A stretch of 62,033 nt of DNA from a virus (taxonomy: Duplodnaviria > Caudoviricetes). Every line of letters starts with the position of its first letter. Position 1 is the stretch's first letter. A program made the position numbers and the translations under genes. Below are positions 9,565 to 19,104 of the stretch, one piece after another. The notes under the pieces are model-generated. The model was not told the DNA's origin. It made no database searches and saw only the letters and a list, made by a program, of their open reading frames with translations. The stretch spans positions 1 to 62,033 of the IMG/VR virus record IMGVR_UViG_3300025133_000103, one strand, 5' to 3'.

Positions 9565-10931
9565 TGCCAGACATATCATCATATAACGGAATAGACGTGG
9601 GAAACATAGCATCAATAAACGGACAGGATATCGCTGCTGGAGGAGCATATAATCCTGTAGCCGACTCAGGGACATACACAGAAACGGTACCTACAACGGG
9701 ATTAATTCATTATGGTACCGCTAAGAACGCAGGTGAACCTTTATCTGGATTATATAGTTGGCATGCGGAGGTGGTTGTAAATTATTCTAGCGATAAAGAC
9801 GGGCAGTTCGCTATAGATCAAGTAAGCGCAAAAAACTGGAGCAAGCTAGATGCTAGTAAATACGTATTCGCGGGTATCGATACCGATGGGAAGCTGTGGA
9901 TGTACAGTTATAGCACAAACTATGTGCACCAATCATCGAGTGCCGCCACGTTAACGCAAGCAACTTCTGTCACAGGGGTTAGTGATGACACAGCGTGGAC
10001 GGATGTATCCTGTGGTAGTGACTTTATTTTAGCTATTAACGCGGGCAAGCTCTTTGTCGTTGGAGAGAACGGTGACGGTCAGCTAGGAACGGGGAATACC
10101 ACCGATGTAACAACGCTAACGCAGATAGGGAGCGATACCGATTGGTTTGCTGTTTCTGCGGGGGATAACCACAGCGCCGCTATTAAAGGCGCTTCGGGGG
10201 ATAGATCGCTGCTAACGACAGGAGAAAATAGGGACGGTAAGTGCGGTTCGGGGGATACGTCTGGCGACGATACCTCGTGGACAGAAAGGGTGGCGGCTGA
10301 CGCTGGTGAAGACTGGACTTTTGTTGAAGCGGGGTATAACCACACTATAGCTATTTTAGCGGGGAAGCTGTATGTAACGGGCGATGGCGGCGACGAGCGG
10401 TTTGGAAATAACTCAACCTCTGATGTAACTTCTTTTACTCAGTCAGGGAAGATAGATGGTAGCGGAACGTTTGGGACGAGCTGGGTGAGCGGGTCTTGCT
10501 CGGATGACAAAACTATGTTAATAAACACTAGCGGCGAGGTGTGGTTTGCGGGGGAGGCTACTTGGGGTACAGGGAGCGGCACAACTGTTGATGCTAAGTC
10601 TGGCTACCATGTAAAAACTAGCGGTACTGCGTCGGCGGGAACTCTCGGTTCTTTTGGAGGTAGCGATCAGTTTACTGCTATTAAATGCGCTAGGCATGCG
10701 ACTAGCCAATCAGATTATGTATGGGCCGCGATAAACAACAATAAGCTATACGTTTTTGGAGTCCAAAACTATGGAACCACCGTCAATACAGCGGCATCTT
10801 TTATTACAGGAAGCACCGATGTATACAATCGGCAGGGTATAGTACAAAACTCTGGACAGACATGTAATGCTATAGCCCCTTGGCTTGGCACTACAGCAAT
10901 ATCTGGCGTATATGCTGCTTTTAATTCATAA
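9564..10931 (+). CDS. RCC1/BLIP-II repeat beta-propeller protein, likely tail/receptor-binding
   Basis: Repeats WTDVSCGSDF...GENGDGQLGTG, WFAVSAGDNHS and WTFVEAGYNHT. Confidence 0.8.
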   Translation: MPDISSYNGIDVGNIASINGQDIAAGGAYNPVADSGTYTETVPTTGLIHYGTAKNAGEPLSGLYSWHAEVVVNYSSDKDGQFAIDQVSAKNWSKLDASKYVFAGIDTDGKLWMYSYSTNYVHQSSSAATLTQATSVTGVSDDTAWTDVSCGSDFILAINAGKLFVVGENGDGQLGTGNTTDVTTLTQIGSDTDWFAVSAGDNHSAAIKGASGDRSLLTTGENRDGKCGSGDTSGDDTSWTERVAADAGEDWTFVEAGYNHTIAILAGKLYVTGDGGDERFGNNSTSDVTSFTQSGKIDGSGTFGTSWVSGSCSDDKTMLINTSGEVWFAGEATWGTGSGTTVDAKSGYHVKTSGTASAGTLGSFGGSDQFTAIKCARHATSQSDYVWAAINNNKLYVFGVQNYGTTVNTAASFITGSTDVYNRQGIVQNSGQTCNAIAPWLGTTAISGVYAAFNS

Positions 10932-10935
10932 TACA

Positions 10936-11214
10936 ATGGCTTTATACACAGTAGAAATATCTTCTGAAGATGACCTGTCCACTCGGTGGACCGACGACAA
11001 CCTCCCTATAGCTTCTTTTAAGTTTAACGAAGACAAGCTAGAGGAGTGTCCTTTGCTAGGAAACGGCAAATACCAAGCTACGTACAACACAAGGGTGTAT
11101 GCCTCTGATACTACTATTAAGTACATCTTAAACGATGCTGACGAGATAGCGGCTAACGGGGGCGGAACAAAAACTATTGTCGTACCTGCGGGTGAGTACG
11201 GGATAAGACCATAA
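10936..11214 (+). CDS. hypothetical protein
   Basis: Likely start ATG at 10936 (MALYTVE), following the RCC1 gene. Confidence 0.65.
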   Translation: MALYTVEISSEDDLSTRWTDDNLPIASFKFNEDKLEECPLLGNGKYQATYNTRVYASDTTIKYILNDADEIAANGGGTKTIVVPAGEYGIRP

Positions 11215-11225
11215 TTTGTTTTTAT

Positions 11226-11233
11226 TACCTTTG
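11226..11233 (+). promoter_or_regulatory. -7 promoter element TACCTTTG of the envelope operon
   Basis: Matches TAnnTTTG, with a 4-nt spacer before ATG 11238. Confidence 0.65.
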
Positions 11234-11237
11234 CAGT

Positions 11238-13265
11238 ATGGGAATAACAAAGTCATGCCTGCTGCTCCTTTTTTCTTTTATCCCATGTCTCGTTCTTGGA
11301 CAGAGCGGGTGGGTGAACGTCTCGGTGCAAACCGATCAGTACGCAGGCGAGACAAGCTGGAAGATTTTCTCTTCTATCAGCGGAGAAATTATAGAGACTT
11401 CAGACCCGTTTACTAGCAATTCTTTAACAGAGACTGTAGTCACCTTAAGTGTGGGCAGTTATCTTTTTGCTATGTACGACTCGTATGGGGATGGAATATG
11501 CTGCAATTTCGGGGAAGGGTGGTTTAGTCTAACCAATACGTGTGGGCTGGATGAATACGTAGGTGATTTCGATTCGCCCCTACTTACCATTCCCTTTGTA
11601 GTTGACCCGTGTGAGATACCTATATACGGGTGCATGGATGAATTGGCTTTGAATTACAACCCTTGGGCGATGTATCCCGATGTATGTGATACGCCGCCTG
11701 TCGCTTGCCCAGAGGGACAGACAAACATAATTGCCCTCCTTGCCGCTGATACGTACTTCGAGGAGATTAGTTGGGATATATCCGTATACGGGACAGAGGA
11801 GGTTTTAAATTGGGGTGGGAATTACACGGGGGCTCAGTATACTAATATGTCTAGCGTGTGCGCTACTGAAGGGGATAGCCTTGTAGCTACTATATATGAC
11901 ACTTACGGGGACGGTATGTGTGGCTCGTGTTGGGGAGGTGTTGACGGTTTTTTTGTTGTTTTGTCTTTATGCGATCACGGCTTTTTCTACGTTGGAGGGG
12001 AAACGCAGTACGATACGCTTTCCTCCCCCGCTTTTGTTGTCCCACACTGTGACCCACCTGTTTCTACTGGGTGTACTGACGAGGGTTATTTAGAGTATAA
12101 TTCTTTTGCTATTGAAGATGATGGTAGTTGCCTCACCCCTGTTGTTTTAGGCTGTACAGATACCGAGGCTTTTAACTACGACGAGAACTGCAACACGATG
12201 GCGCTGGAGGATTCTTGTGATTATACGCTAACCCTTATCGACGGGGGTTGGGATGGATGGTTTGGAAGCTGGTTAGGTGTGGCACAAGGGGATAGCTTGT
12301 ATGGTCCGTATGAGATGCAGCCTATTGATGGGAACCAAATAGACATACCTCTCCAACTGAATAGCAATGAAGAGGTAAGCGTGTACTTCTTTACTGGAGG
12401 TAACGCAGAGTCTACGGCTGGTCAGTGTGGGTTTTCTCTATCTGGACCTCAAGGAGTGCTTTTAGACGGGGGTACAAACCCTTGGACAGATGCTTTGTTG
12501 AAGTTTCCTTATAGGTATGTGGCTACACCTACTTGCGATAACTTCTGTGAGCCGTACGTTTATGGGTGTATGGATACTGACGCACAGAACTATGATCCTG
12601 CCGTAAACTCAGAAGACGGAAGCTGTTATTATAATGCAGGGTGCATGCAGGCGGGGTATTTAGAGTACTACGAGCAGGGCTATGTCGCTGATTTTGATGA
12701 CGGTAGCTGCGAGACGGTGGCTATGTTCGGCTGTACGGACCCCGATGCTCTTAACTACGACGCTGAAGCCAATGTAGATATTGACTCTTGCATCGAGGTG
12801 CTAGTAGGGTGCGTTGACGTTAACGCTTTTAACTATGACGAGGAGGCCAACACGGCGGACAACAGCCTATGCCTATATGACGCGGGGTGCGTAGGCGAGC
12901 CTGGAGACCCTTACTGGGCTAATGATGTCTGTTACTCGTGGGTTATCGAGGTGGACCCTAACTGCTGCGGATCCGAATGGGACGATATTTGCGGCGAGAT
13001 ATACAGCTACTGCCAAGAAGGCATGCCCGCTGACATCCCTTATTACATGGGTAGGGTACAGATCTACCCCAACCCCGTAGAAAACACATTAACCATAAGA
13101 TGTCCGTATAAGGTCATTACAGCCGTATACAACAACTTTGGTCAACGAGTAGTGTCTAGTACCACAGAAAAGGTTTTAGACCTCTCAGGGCTCTCTAAAG
13201 GGCTCTATCAAGTTATCGTTGAGTACAACGGTATATCTATTAACAAAAAAATTATGAAATTATGA
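11238..13265 (+). CDS. Cys-rich secreted protein with T9SS type-A C-terminal sorting domain
   Basis: Signal peptide ending VLG-Q, seven GCxDxxAxNY/DDGSC-type repeats, and a C-terminal IYPNP...VYNNFGQ...DLSGLSKGLY...KKIMK (Por_Secre_tail pattern). Confidence 0.88.
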   Translation: MGITKSCLLLLFSFIPCLVLGQSGWVNVSVQTDQYAGETSWKIFSSISGEIIETSDPFTSNSLTETVVTLSVGSYLFAMYDSYGDGICCNFGEGWFSLTNTCGLDEYVGDFDSPLLTIPFVVDPCEIPIYGCMDELALNYNPWAMYPDVCDTPPVACPEGQTNIIALLAADTYFEEISWDISVYGTEEVLNWGGNYTGAQYTNMSSVCATEGDSLVATIYDTYGDGMCGSCWGGVDGFFVVLSLCDHGFFYVGGETQYDTLSSPAFVVPHCDPPVSTGCTDEGYLEYNSFAIEDDGSCLTPVVLGCTDTEAFNYDENCNTMALEDSCDYTLTLIDGGWDGWFGSWLGVAQGDSLYGPYEMQPIDGNQIDIPLQLNSNEEVSVYFFTGGNAESTAGQCGFSLSGPQGVLLDGGTNPWTDALLKFPYRYVATPTCDNFCEPYVYGCMDTDAQNYDPAVNSEDGSCYYNAGCMQAGYLEYYEQGYVADFDDGSCETVAMFGCTDPDALNYDAEANVDIDSCIEVLVGCVDVNAFNYDEEANTADNSLCLYDAGCVGEPGDPYWANDVCYSWVIEVDPNCCGSEWDDICGEIYSYCQEGMPADIPYYMGRVQIYPNPVENTLTIRCPYKVITAVYNNFGQRVVSSTTEKVLDLSGLSKGLYQVIVEYNGISINKKIMKL

Positions 13266-13432
13266 ATTGGATTAACAGCTGGGGAAAAGGAAACAAGAAG
13301 GCAAAATATGAAGTGTCTCTTAGGTTGGGTCGGTTAACCGTCCTCGAACTTCGTCTATGCCTTTTTTGTTCTAAAGACGAGAAGTGCAAGAGAGTTAGAT
13401 TTATGATCCTCAATTTCGGGTTCGAGGTATGA
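13262..13432 (+). CDS. small 56-aa protein missing from the ORF track
   Basis: MNWINSWGKGNKKAKYEVSLRLGRLTVLELRLCLFCSKDEKCKRVRFMILNFGFEV*, with ATGA overlaps to both neighbours. Confidence 0.75.
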   Translation: MNWINSWGKGNKKAKYEVSLRLGRLTVLELRLCLFCSKDEKCKRVRFMILNFGFEV

Positions 13433-14469
13433 GGGTTGCGTTAGCCATTTTATTCTCTTTTCTTTGCTTGAGCTCTAACGCTCAGCTACTGAAGAAGACG
13501 CTTAAGTTCGCTACTTTTTACAGCTCTTTAGGGGGCAGTAACTCTGTGGCTGATGAGAGCGCGTTCTCTGTTTATACAGGACAACTTCAGTCTGACATCG
13601 TGTCAACACCAATGGACTTTTCTTTTACCGCTGGTGTACGCAAGATTGCTCGGTTTGGATATGAGAACAGGGCTAACGTATTTTATAGCGGCGAAGAGAA
13701 AACATATAGCGATGCCGCTACAGTAGGTAAAGTGAAGGGGTTTGAGTTCCTGTTCGAAGGGGCGTATATGCGTCAAAGAGGGCAGGAGTTTTTAAATCAG
13801 AACCACTTTTTAAGGTATGTAGGTAAGAACTTTATAGCCAAGGTGGAGTACCTGCAAGACGGGTTCGCTGACGTAGAGTACTTCGAAGCCTCTCAAAGGG
13901 CTCGTATAAACTTAGGTAAGAAGTTTTCTTTTAATGTCGGGACGGTTCAGCGGGCCTCTATGCCCTATGGGTATGATCCGCTATCTGACTGGTTGTTAGC
14001 TAATAACAACATTCACTATACTTATCTGGCTCTTCAAGAGGGGTACAATGTGGACTTTGAAACCAACGAGTTTTTATCCCCTGAAGGGGAGGTTGTTGCT
14101 AACAGCGTAGAGGTATGGGAGGAGGTGGTTATCCCGCAGGTCTTAGGTGATTACGTAGACAGGAAGATCAGTGAGCTCCCTCAGAAGATAGAATACTCTG
14201 TGGTTGCTGGGTTTGATTTTTATCACTACGAAAAAACCTTTTGGCTTCACAGTTGGGGGAACGTAATGCCCTATCATTTAAACCTAGAGGATGAGTTCTC
14301 CTATCACAACTTCAATAACGGAGAGCAATGGATGGACTACTCAGGAGGGCTTATCTTTGGGGTTAAAGTAAACAAAAGTTTAGGGTTATTCCTGGAAGGA
14401 AAATACAATAAGTATTGGAACAGGACATGGCATGACTTTTCACTTGGTATAAATTACGTAATTATCTAA
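13429..14469 (+). CDS. putative outer-membrane beta-barrel protein
   Basis: Signal peptide ending SNA-Q, alternating aromatic strands (YSGGLIFGVKV, LGLFLEGKY), and a C-terminal beta-signal-like FSLGINYVII. Confidence 0.7.
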   Translation: MRVALAILFSFLCLSSNAQLLKKTLKFATFYSSLGGSNSVADESAFSVYTGQLQSDIVSTPMDFSFTAGVRKIARFGYENRANVFYSGEEKTYSDAATVGKVKGFEFLFEGAYMRQRGQEFLNQNHFLRYVGKNFIAKVEYLQDGFADVEYFEASQRARINLGKKFSFNVGTVQRASMPYGYDPLSDWLLANNNIHYTYLALQEGYNVDFETNEFLSPEGEVVANSVEVWEEVVIPQVLGDYVDRKISELPQKIEYSVVAGFDFYHYEKTFWLHSWGNVMPYHLNLEDEFSYHNFNNGEQWMDYSGGLIFGVKVNKSLGLFLEGKYNKYWNRTWHDFSLGINYVII

Positions 14470-14470
14470 T

Positions 14471-14755
14471 ATGGGCAAGGAGTTGAATGAAAACTTAGGT
14501 TTTAATGTAAGCATTAAGACTTTAGCGGGGATAGGGGCGGCTATGGCTACTATTATTAGTATGTGGTTTGTCCTTCAGGCTGATATAGCGGAAGCAAAGG
14601 CTCTCCCTATCGCACCAGACCCAGAGATAACGAGGATGGAGTTCGACATGAAAGATCAGCTTATCAGACAAACGATTATGTCTACACAAGAAGATGTCTC
14701 TGAAATAAAAGACGACATGAAAAGAATTGAAGATAAGATCGATAAATTAAATTAA
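14471..14755 (+). CDS. single-TM membrane protein with coiled coil
   Basis: Hydrophobic LAGIGAAMATIISMWFVL followed by heptads EDVSEIKDDMKRIEDKIDKL. Confidence 0.7.
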   Translation: MGKELNENLGFNVSIKTLAGIGAAMATIISMWFVLQADIAEAKALPIAPDPEITRMEFDMKDQLIRQTIMSTQEDVSEIKDDMKRIEDKIDKLN

Positions 14756-14762
14756 CCCTGCC

Positions 14763-15122
14763 ATGAAAACCCTCATTACCCTCTGTCTTTTTGCTCTATA
14801 CTCTACTGTTGTTTTTGTTTCTTTCGAGAACAAGGATGTTTGCTCAAGCGATATATGTGTAATAGAGTTCAATGCAGCCTTTAACGCTCAGAACAGCGTG
14901 GACTGGATAGACACGTTAAGCGACTGTGAGGTTTCTAGGATTGACATCATGGTGAGGCCAGATATGCAGAAAGAGCACAAGATTGTTGTGGTCCCTACTA
15001 TCGTGGTTTTTAACGACGGGGAGGAAGAAGAGAGGTTCCAGGCGAATATCATGATGGCTATAGAAGCAACGCAAAGCGATGTTCAGGACGTTGTAGATGA
15101 AATACTAATGAGCTCTTTCTGA
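14763..15122 (+). CDS. exported thioredoxin-fold protein lacking CxxC
   Basis: N-terminal hydrophobic segment. VIEFNAAFNAQN sits at the WCxxC position, followed by IVVVPTIVVFNDGEE (cis-Pro loop). Confidence 0.7.
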   Translation: MKTLITLCLFALYSTVVFVSFENKDVCSSDICVIEFNAAFNAQNSVDWIDTLSDCEVSRIDIMVRPDMQKEHKIVVVPTIVVFNDGEEEERFQANIMMAIEATQSDVQDVVDEILMSSF

Positions 15123-15322
15123 TGAACGCAGTAAAGAAAAATAAAGGGGGTAAGCTGAATATAAGCCAAGCGACAAAAGCTGTCGCTGCTCCTGATGGGT
15201 TTCATTGGATGACGGATCGGGGTAGATACTTCCTTATGAAAGGGGAGTACGCACCTCACGCTGGGGCTATAGAAGAGGCTAAATTTAAGCTTGTCAGCCA
15301 CAAAAAACCCACCAAGAAATAA
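15122..15322 (+). CDS. hypothetical small basic protein
   Basis: 66-aa ORF with APDGFHWM motif, overlapping the upstream stop. Confidence 0.65.
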   Translation: MNAVKKNKGGKLNISQATKAVAAPDGFHWMTDRGRYFLMKGEYAPHAGAIEEAKFKLVSHKKPTKK

Positions 15323-15353
15323 TTACTATATTTGCAGAAGATAACAGGCAATA

Positions 15354-15767
15354 ATGGCAACTACAACAGCAACTATAACACTTAACAGCCCTGACATTAC
15401 AGGGGACCCTCTGAACCTTACCAAAACTGCTACTTTGACAAAGGCGGCAAGCGAGACTGGTCTGGATCAGTTTACAGGGGTTACGACTGTAGTGTATGCT
15501 GCCGCTCAAACAGCAACCAATATTGTCCCTAACGGAACCTATGTAGATACCACAACTTCTCATAAGGTTTATATTAAAAACTCTTCGACTGGAACAAGCG
15601 ACTTTGTTACCGTTGAGCTTGGAGGGAGTAACGTGCTTATGGGTAGGCTTTACCCTGGGGACTGGTGCTTCTTCCCTTATGACGGAACTCTAGACGTAGA
15701 CATAGACACTAGCGCTGTTGGAATGAAAGTAGAGTACGCCGTTTTCTCTCAATCTGTAGCATCGTAA
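15354..15767 (+). CDS. putative virion structural protein, paralog A1
   Basis: Thr-rich, with HKVYIKN...GRLYPGDW..FP...EY motif. Upstream TATATTTG. Confidence 0.7.
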   Translation: MATTTATITLNSPDITGDPLNLTKTATLTKAASETGLDQFTGVTTVVYAAAQTATNIVPNGTYVDTTTSHKVYIKNSSTGTSDFVTVELGGSNVLMGRLYPGDWCFFPYDGTLDVDIDTSAVGMKVEYAVFSQSVAS

Positions 15768-15778
15768 TTTTATAGAAC

Positions 15779-16189
15779 ATGGCAACGACAACAGCAACAC
15801 TCACTCTTAATAGCGGGGACATCACAGGTCATCCTTTTAGCATGACCCAAACGGCCACCTTAACAAAGGCTGGGGCATCTACTGGCTTGGATGAGTTTAC
15901 AGGGATCACCAGTAGGACGTATGCTGCTGCACAAACCGATACGGTTGTTGTAGCGGATTCTATCTATGCTGATACTACGGTAGCCCATAAGGTTTACATT
16001 AGAAACACAAGCTCTGGAACAAGCGACTACATCCTTGTTGAGCTTGAGGGTAATGTAATTATAGGAAGGCTTTACCCTGGGGATTGGATGTTTATTCCGT
16101 ATGGAGGAACTCTTGATGTTCAGGTGACTACCATTGCTACTGGCGTTACTATCGAGTATGGTGTTTTCTCTCAATCAGCAGCCTCCTAA
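15779..16189 (+). CDS. putative virion structural protein, paralog A2
   Basis: Aligns end to end with 15354..15767. Confidence 0.7.
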   Translation: MATTTATLTLNSGDITGHPFSMTQTATLTKAGASTGLDEFTGITSRTYAAAQTDTVVVADSIYADTTVAHKVYIRNTSSGTSDYILVELEGNVIIGRLYPGDWMFIPYGGTLDVQVTTIATGVTIEYGVFSQSAAS

Positions 16190-16198
16190 TAGCCTCTT

Positions 16199-16945
16199 AT
16201 GCCAACTACTACAGCATCACTAACTATATCAAGCGCTGATCTTACGAGCAGCCCTATCAACATATCTGCCACTACCAACCTTACAGAGGCTGGTACAGGT
16301 ATCGGGTTGCAATCAACGTCTGGGTTAGCGAGAAGAGAAACGGAATCTGTAACCCCTTACGTCTTGTATCGTTCTGACGATTACGCAGACGATAAGTCTC
16401 ATAAGGTTTATCTAAAAAACTTATCTGTTGTAAGCTCTGAGTACTTTACTGTATATCTAACTGGAGACCGAGCCACAGGCGCTCACGATGCTACTGACCA
16501 GTCTATTACTGGACTGACAGAGGTAGGGAGATTATATGCAGGTGACTTTGCTTTTATTCCTTGGAACTCAGCTTCGGGAACTAAAGAGGCATTTACTGTA
16601 ACTGTTGCCAATACATGGGCTGCTGGAGACACATTTGCTTTCGATGGTGTAACCGTTGTCGCAGCTAATTCAACAGTAGCTAACGTAGCGTCACAAATTA
16701 ATAATGCTTACTACCCGAACTGGACCACATCGGTAGATACTGCGGTAGTAACCTTTACATCGAGAACCTCAAGGGCTGACCTAGAGATTGATACAACCGA
16801 AGCGGTTACTACGACGGCAGGTGACGGAACGGGAGCGGTGGCAACAACTGTTACGGGAACGAAGTCTCTTTCAGACATCTATATAAAGCCTAGCGTAGCG
16901 ACATCTATGACTTTAGAATCAATGTTAATCTATCAAGCAGTATAA
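16199..16945 (+). CDS. putative virion structural protein, paralog A3 with inserted domain
   Basis: HKVYLKN...GRLYAGDFAFIP plus an insertion of roughly 85-100 aa. Confidence 0.7.
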   Translation: MPTTTASLTISSADLTSSPINISATTNLTEAGTGIGLQSTSGLARRETESVTPYVLYRSDDYADDKSHKVYLKNLSVVSSEYFTVYLTGDRATGAHDATDQSITGLTEVGRLYAGDFAFIPWNSASGTKEAFTVTVANTWAAGDTFAFDGVTVVAANSTVANVASQINNAYYPNWTTSVDTAVVTFTSRTSRADLEIDTTEAVTTTAGDGTGAVATTVTGTKSLSDIYIKPSVATSMTLESMLIYQAV

Positions 16946-17364
16946 TGGCTACAGTACGGGCATCACTATCATTAAACAGCGCGGATGTACTTACGTCTCC
17001 GCTCACGCTTTCTGTTGTAGCCAACCTTACTTGTGATTCTGGTAGCCTTATCAGAGCTAAAGTAAAAGGTACGGCTGTCGATACAAACGACATGATCGTT
17101 TACTTGGCTAACGACAAGAATGACAGGGCTTACTTATACATTAAGAATATAGAGCCTGAGCTGGAGAACTACGTATACTTACGTAACGAAACCGAAAGCG
17201 ACACGGCTTTCTCTGCTAAAATTGGGGGTGGCGAATTTGCTTTTATCCCTTTAGCGCCAGACAAGACATACGCTGTTCACGCTACGAAAGCGGACTCACT
17301 GATTGAGTACGGTGTATTTGGAAACGACAACTCTGCTGTAATCTTCGGAGGCTCAGGAACATAA
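16945..17364 (+). CDS. putative virion structural protein, paralog A4
   Basis: YLYIKN...AKIGGGEFAFIP...IEYGVF. Confidence 0.7.
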   Translation: MATVRASLSLNSADVLTSPLTLSVVANLTCDSGSLIRAKVKGTAVDTNDMIVYLANDKNDRAYLYIKNIEPELENYVYLRNETESDTAFSAKIGGGEFAFIPLAPDKTYAVHATKADSLIEYGVFGNDNSAVIFGGSGT

Positions 17365-17376
17365 TAAAATAAAGAC

Positions 17377-17907
17377 ATGGCATTTAAGACGGTAAAAATA
17401 ACACCAACATTAAGCACAGACGCATATGCAGACGGAGATGTATTATTTGTTAATACAGAGTTTTCCTTGCCTCACAGATCTTGCAAGCTAATTGGTGGAT
17501 TAGTTATAGACTACGAAAAAGACCTTGTAGCAGACGCTGTTGTGCTGTACTTTATGCAGAGAAATAAAGCTGATTTAGGCACAATCAACGAAACCGCAAA
17601 TATTAGCAACGCTAATCTTAAGTTAAATCAACTTATAGGGGCTTGTCAAATTGGAACGGGAGATCCAGTAGGAGAAATTGATAGCGCCGTTTTTAAGCCT
17701 TTATCTACTTATGGTGATGTAGATGGAAGTGAAGAAGGAGGAATGCAGCCTATTGTCTTAACAAGTGTAGGTCCAGACGAAGAATATCAAAGTGATCCTA
17801 AGTCGTCTACTCCAATGTATGTAAGCGGGGTTATACAGTCTGTTAGTACGGCTCCAAATTTTAGCGCAACTGATGCGATTGATATAATTCTATACTTCGA
17901 GTATTGA
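17377..17907 (+). CDS. putative structural protein
   Basis: 176-aa beta-rich ORF (TPTLSTDAYADGDVLF) within the structural block. Confidence 0.6.
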   Translation: MAFKTVKITPTLSTDAYADGDVLFVNTEFSLPHRSCKLIGGLVIDYEKDLVADAVVLYFMQRNKADLGTINETANISNANLKLNQLIGACQIGTGDPVGEIDSAVFKPLSTYGDVDGSEEGGMQPIVLTSVGPDEEYQSDPKSSTPMYVSGVIQSVSTAPNFSATDAIDIILYFEY

Positions 17908-17932
17908 ATAAAACACAACTTAATTTAATTTA

Positions 17933-19090
17933 ATGGATAATAATCAAAACGAAACTTTTGAGAAAGCAGAGATCTTCAGTAGCCCTGAGGATCTTGCTGC
18001 TTCTATACAGGCCGATGCGCCTCAACAAGAGTCAGCAGGTGAACAGCCTTCAAACGAAACGATCATGGGTGGTCAAGCACCCCCAACAGGATCGGTTGTA
18101 GAAGGTCTCCCCGCTGAAGAAGCTCCCGCGCAAGAAGCGCCAGGGGAGCCACAACAACAAGGTACTAACGAGGTTCAGCGAGAGACTGCCGAACCCGAAA
18201 CAAATACACAACAAGGGTATTCAGACGACGAGGTCGAGACGGCGGTTATGAGCTTCCTGAGCGAAAAGCTCGGACGGGAGGTTACATCGCTTGATGATCT
18301 GTCTGCTACCCAGCAAGCTGAGGCAAACGCTTTAGATGAAAGAGTCCAAGCCATAGCGCAGTTCGTAGAGGATACGGGCCGTGCGCCAGAGGATTGGTTT
18401 AGGTATCAGTCGTTAAATCCAGAGAGTATGGATGATATGACTGCGGTTAGAGTTCAAATGGCTAACGAGTACCCAAACCTGTCTTATGAGGAGTTGGACC
18501 TTTTAACGAAAAGCAAATACAAGCTAGACGCCGACCTCCACGATGAGGCCGAGCTAAAGCTTTCTCAATTGCAACTTAAGATTGACGGACAAAAAGCCCG
18601 TGAAGGTGTGGAGCAGATTAGACAAAAGTACTCCGCCCCCGACACCGAGCAAGCTGCCCCTGGATCTGTTTTTGATGACAAATGGGTGTCAGATATGTCG
18701 AGAGAAGTCGATTCCATTGAAGGTCTAGAGTTTGACCTGGGTGGAGAGAAGACTTTTGAATTCGGCTTAGACGACAACTACAAGTCGCAATTAAAAACAA
18801 AAAACGCTCGTCTTAACGAGTACTTCGACTCCTATGTAAGGGATGACGGGAGCTGGGATTATGAATCCCTGTCTACGCATGTGGCTTTAGTTGACAACAT
18901 CGACAAGATTATCAAGTCGGTATACACTCAAGGCTTGGGTGATGGTCAGAAGACGCTTGTAAATACAGCGGCTAATATCTCTACTCAGTCCCCTCAACAG
19001 GGAAGTCAAAATAATCAAACGTCTCCACTTGCAGACCAAGTGAGACAGCTCATCTCGAAAAATAACAAGATGAGTTTTAATAACTTTTAA
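17933..19090 (+). CDS. putative capsid scaffolding protein
   Basis: Acidic disordered N-terminus and helical core, directly upstream of the MCP. Confidence 0.6.
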   Translation: MDNNQNETFEKAEIFSSPEDLAASIQADAPQQESAGEQPSNETIMGGQAPPTGSVVEGLPAEEAPAQEAPGEPQQQGTNEVQRETAEPETNTQQGYSDDEVETAVMSFLSEKLGREVTSLDDLSATQQAEANALDERVQAIAQFVEDTGRAPEDWFRYQSLNPESMDDMTAVRVQMANEYPNLSYEELDLLTKSKYKLDADLHDEAELKLSQLQLKIDGQKAREGVEQIRQKYSAPDTEQAAPGSVFDDKWVSDMSREVDSIEGLEFDLGGEKTFEFGLDDNYKSQLKTKNARLNEYFDSYVRDDGSWDYESLSTHVALVDNIDKIIKSVYTQGLGDGQKTLVNTAANISTQSPQQGSQNNQTSPLADQVRQLISKNNKMSFNNF

Positions 19091-19104
19091 AAAAAATATA
19101 AATT

